NCBI GenBank assembly: GCA_050012515.1
Contig: JBEKHA010000013.1
Coordinates: 1,441 to 65,440, forward strand
Length of the DNA stretch: 64,000 nucleotides
DNA from: Sedimentisphaerales bacterium
Lineage (GTDB): Bacteria; Planctomycetota; Phycisphaerae; Sedimentisphaerales; Anaerobacaceae
Direction of reading: 5' to 3'
Shown piece after piece: positions 61,988 through 64,000 of this stretch. Every line of letters begins with the position of its first letter. Position 1 is the first letter of the stretch. The notes under the pieces are model-generated. The model searched no databases. It had not been told where the DNA came from and saw nothing but the letters and a program-made list of their open reading frames with translations. Position numbers and translations under genes: made by a program.

Positions 61988-62274
61988 AGTTTAATTAAAC
62001 ACAACTCCTGCGCCGCGCAAAAACACGGGCAGGAACTAAAAATAGTCCCTGCGCCCGGCTGCAGGCCTCTAAAACCACGCCGTCTTTGCCTTAAACCCGG
62101 CTTTTGACAGCCACCAATCCGTTATTAAACTAATGTGAGTAGGGTAGTTTACAAAAATCCGGGGTAATCTGCAAACACAAAAAACAAAAAAATAATATTT
62201 TTTTTAGGCCCCCCTCCGCCTCCCGGGTTTTCAGATATTACTTTACCCCCCGACTAACGCCGATATCAGTATTG

Positions 62275-64000
62275 TTATCCGCCCGTATTTGGGTCCTCGG
62301 CCAAATCAAACCGTTTACTCCATCGGGCCAGGCTTTGACGCCATAAAGGCCGCTGTTCAGCAGATGCCTTGATCCCCCGCAGCGATTTCAAAACCATATT
62401 GGGCTCTGCCCCCCCTGACGGATTATCCAGAAACGCATCTATAGAGCGAACAACCGCGCTGTTGCTACCTAAGTCCTTTTCCAGTAAGGAATTGCCCACA
62501 AGCAGTGTCGCCGCCTCTACCTTTGGCCAGCGCAGATACACATTTATTAATTGCCCTAAAATTATTTCCTTTTGCTCTTTGGTCTTGGCGGATTCCCGCA
62601 ATTTACCAAGATACTCCGCCGCCTGCTCAAATTGCCCCGACTTTGCATAAAGCTGGGCAAGTTTTTCCCTTGCGGTTTTCACCATATCCGCCTTGTTTTC
62701 AGCAGCCGCCTTGCGTTCCACAAGCTCGAAAAACGATACATACTGCTCATCTGGCAACTTCCCATTCCCATTGACCGACTGAGAATTAAACTTGCCGACC
62801 CAGCCCTCAATAACATTTGTATCGCAGTTGTTAAATATATCCAGCATCGCCTGCCACGCCAATTTCCCCTCTGAATTAGCCCCCACCTTATCCCACAACC
62901 ACAAAAGGTCGTCTTTACCTCCTACGTCCCCGGCAAGGTCCATAACCCTGTCTCTGACTATCTGGCTCTTGTCATTGACAAAATCCTTTGCCAGCAGTTT
63001 TAGCGCCCTTGGCTTGTCAACGCATATAAGCCCGTCAACCGCCGCCTCCCTTACTATGTCGCTTTCATCATTTAATGCCTGTTCGAAAATCGAAGCGAAT
63101 CGTCTGGCTGACTCCGGCTTATAGGCGCTTTGTCCGCACAATCTCGCCATCGTCCCTAACAAATCGCCTCGCAAAGTGCTGTTGCTGTTCTGCTTTTCGC
63201 GGTTGTATCTTTCCACAAGCATATCCATATATCTGGCGACATCGTCATCCGAAAGTCCGCCCGGCTCAATCAATTTCCTGATTACATCCGCTCCCCTGTG
63301 CGCCTTTTTAGCATCCTCGTCATTGAGGTATCCGGCCGCCCATTCCAGCGTCTGCTTTCGAAGCTCAGGAGAAAGCTGGCTGCCTGAGGTCGGAACAAGC
63401 GCATAATGGCATGCCGCTCCAAGTGCGACAAACAACTCTATCTTAACCTCTTCGTCCTGCTCAACCTTGAATTGCTCCGCCAGCCGTTCCGCAGAGCTTA
63501 ATTCGCCCGTCAGCGAAAGCAGTTTCGCCGTCGCAAGACGAACATCCCTGTTGTCGCTGGAAACCAGCTTTACCAAAACCGGCCCAAGTTCCGCGGGCAG
63601 TTTCGATTGTGTCCCAATCCGCCACTGCGACACCTTATCCAGCGCCCACAGCCGAATCATAGATTCAGAATTGTTCAATTGTTCTATCAGGAATTTACCT
63701 CGCTGCCCATCGTCGCTGATTCCTTCATATATCCTGTCCAGCGAACCTAAATAAAGCTTTCGCCACTGGTCACGTTCTTTCTCCAGGTCGTTTACACGTG
63801 ATTCCTGCCGAATAAGCCAGTCCCGCTGAAACTGTTCCATTCCCCTCGTTCGCAAATCGTTCAATATCTGCGCACGTCTCCTCGCGTCCCTGCTAACGGG
63901 TACGCCTAACGACTGAAGCGCATCACCTGCGGCACCTGAAACCTGTTTATCCTTGTCCTCCACAAGCTCGGCTATCCGCGTTATAGCTCTTATATCGAGC
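62275..64000 (-). CDS. HEAT/TPR-like repeat protein (5-prime partial)
   Basis: Alpha-helical repeat protein. The frame stays open upstream of the track's GTG at 63963 through the window end. Confidence 0.7.
   Translation of the reverse strand, partial: LDIRAITRIAELVEDKDKQVSGAAGDALQSLGVPVSRDARRRAQILNDLRTRGMEQFQRDWLIRQESRVNDLEKERDQWRKLYLGSLDRIYEGISDDGQRGKFLIEQLNNSESMIRLWALDKVSQWRIGTQSKLPAELGPVLVKLVSSDNRDVRLATAKLLSLTGELSSAERLAEQFKVEQDEEVKIELFVALGAACHYALVPTSGSQLSPELRKQTLEWAAGYLNDEDAKKAHRGADVIRKLIEPGGLSDDDVARYMDMLVERYNREKQNSNSTLRGDLLGTMARLCGQSAYKPESARRFASIFEQALNDESDIVREAAVDGLICVDKPRALKLLAKDFVNDKSQIVRDRVMDLAGDVGGKDDLLWLWDKVGANSEGKLAWQAMLDIFNNCDTNVIEGWVGKFNSQSVNGNGKLPDEQYVSFFELVERKAAAENKADMVKTAREKLAQLYAKSGQFEQAAEYLGKLRESAKTKEQKEIILGQLINVYLRWPKVEAATLLVGNSLLEKDLGSNSAVVRSIDAFLDNPSGGAEPNMVLKSLRGIKASAEQRPLWRQSLARWSKRFDLAEDPNTGG

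Noticed and set aside
1-64000. CRISPR arrays, rRNA genes, IS elements with terminal inverted repeats
   Set aside because: I found no regularly spaced short direct repeats, no rRNA-like sequence and no transposase ORF. The only recombinases are the serine recombinase and the integrase fragment.

Overview
A 64-kb bacterial chromosomal window, almost entirely minus-strand coding. The organism is tentatively from the PVC group or Planctomycetota, judged only from gene content and style. The window has three parts. (1) 1-8.6 kb is housekeeping or accessory: a Ser/Thr kinase with TPR repeats (partial), then a peptide-scavenging cluster of a POT transporter, an S9 peptidase and a C45-like Ntn-hydrolase lipoprotein. 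(2) 8.9-27.4 kb holds two adjacent, visibly AT-richer mobile regions next to a tRNA-Met gene. The first is a phage-derived remnant (TerS, TerL, ParB-DNA methylase, large serine recombinase). The second is an ~11.8-kb island bounded by a 24-bp direct repeat of the tRNA. It carries a Gabija-like gajA/gajB pair plus a tightly linked third gene, two small translationally coupled genes, a 1575-aa helicase / Vsr-like nuclease / GreA-C-like fusion protein, and a decayed tyrosine integrase. (3) 27.4-62 kb is an uninterrupted translation/transcription super-operon: rplQ-rpoA-rpsD-rpsK-rpsM-rpmJ-infA-map-adk-secY, the spc and S10 operons, fusA-rpsG-rpsL, rpoC-rpoB, rplLJAK, nusG-secE, tRNA-Trp, rpmG, tuf and tRNA-Thr. 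A 5-prime partial HEAT-repeat gene follows. The most unusual observations are two clean, in-frame, low-GC insertions inside rpoB and rpoC. The rpoB insert shows the ordered motif landmarks of an EndoIII-like HhH-GPD DNA-glycosylase fold. The rpoC insert is unrecognised and sits just after the secondary-channel rim helices. All calls rest on reading the translations and DNA directly; no database search was run.
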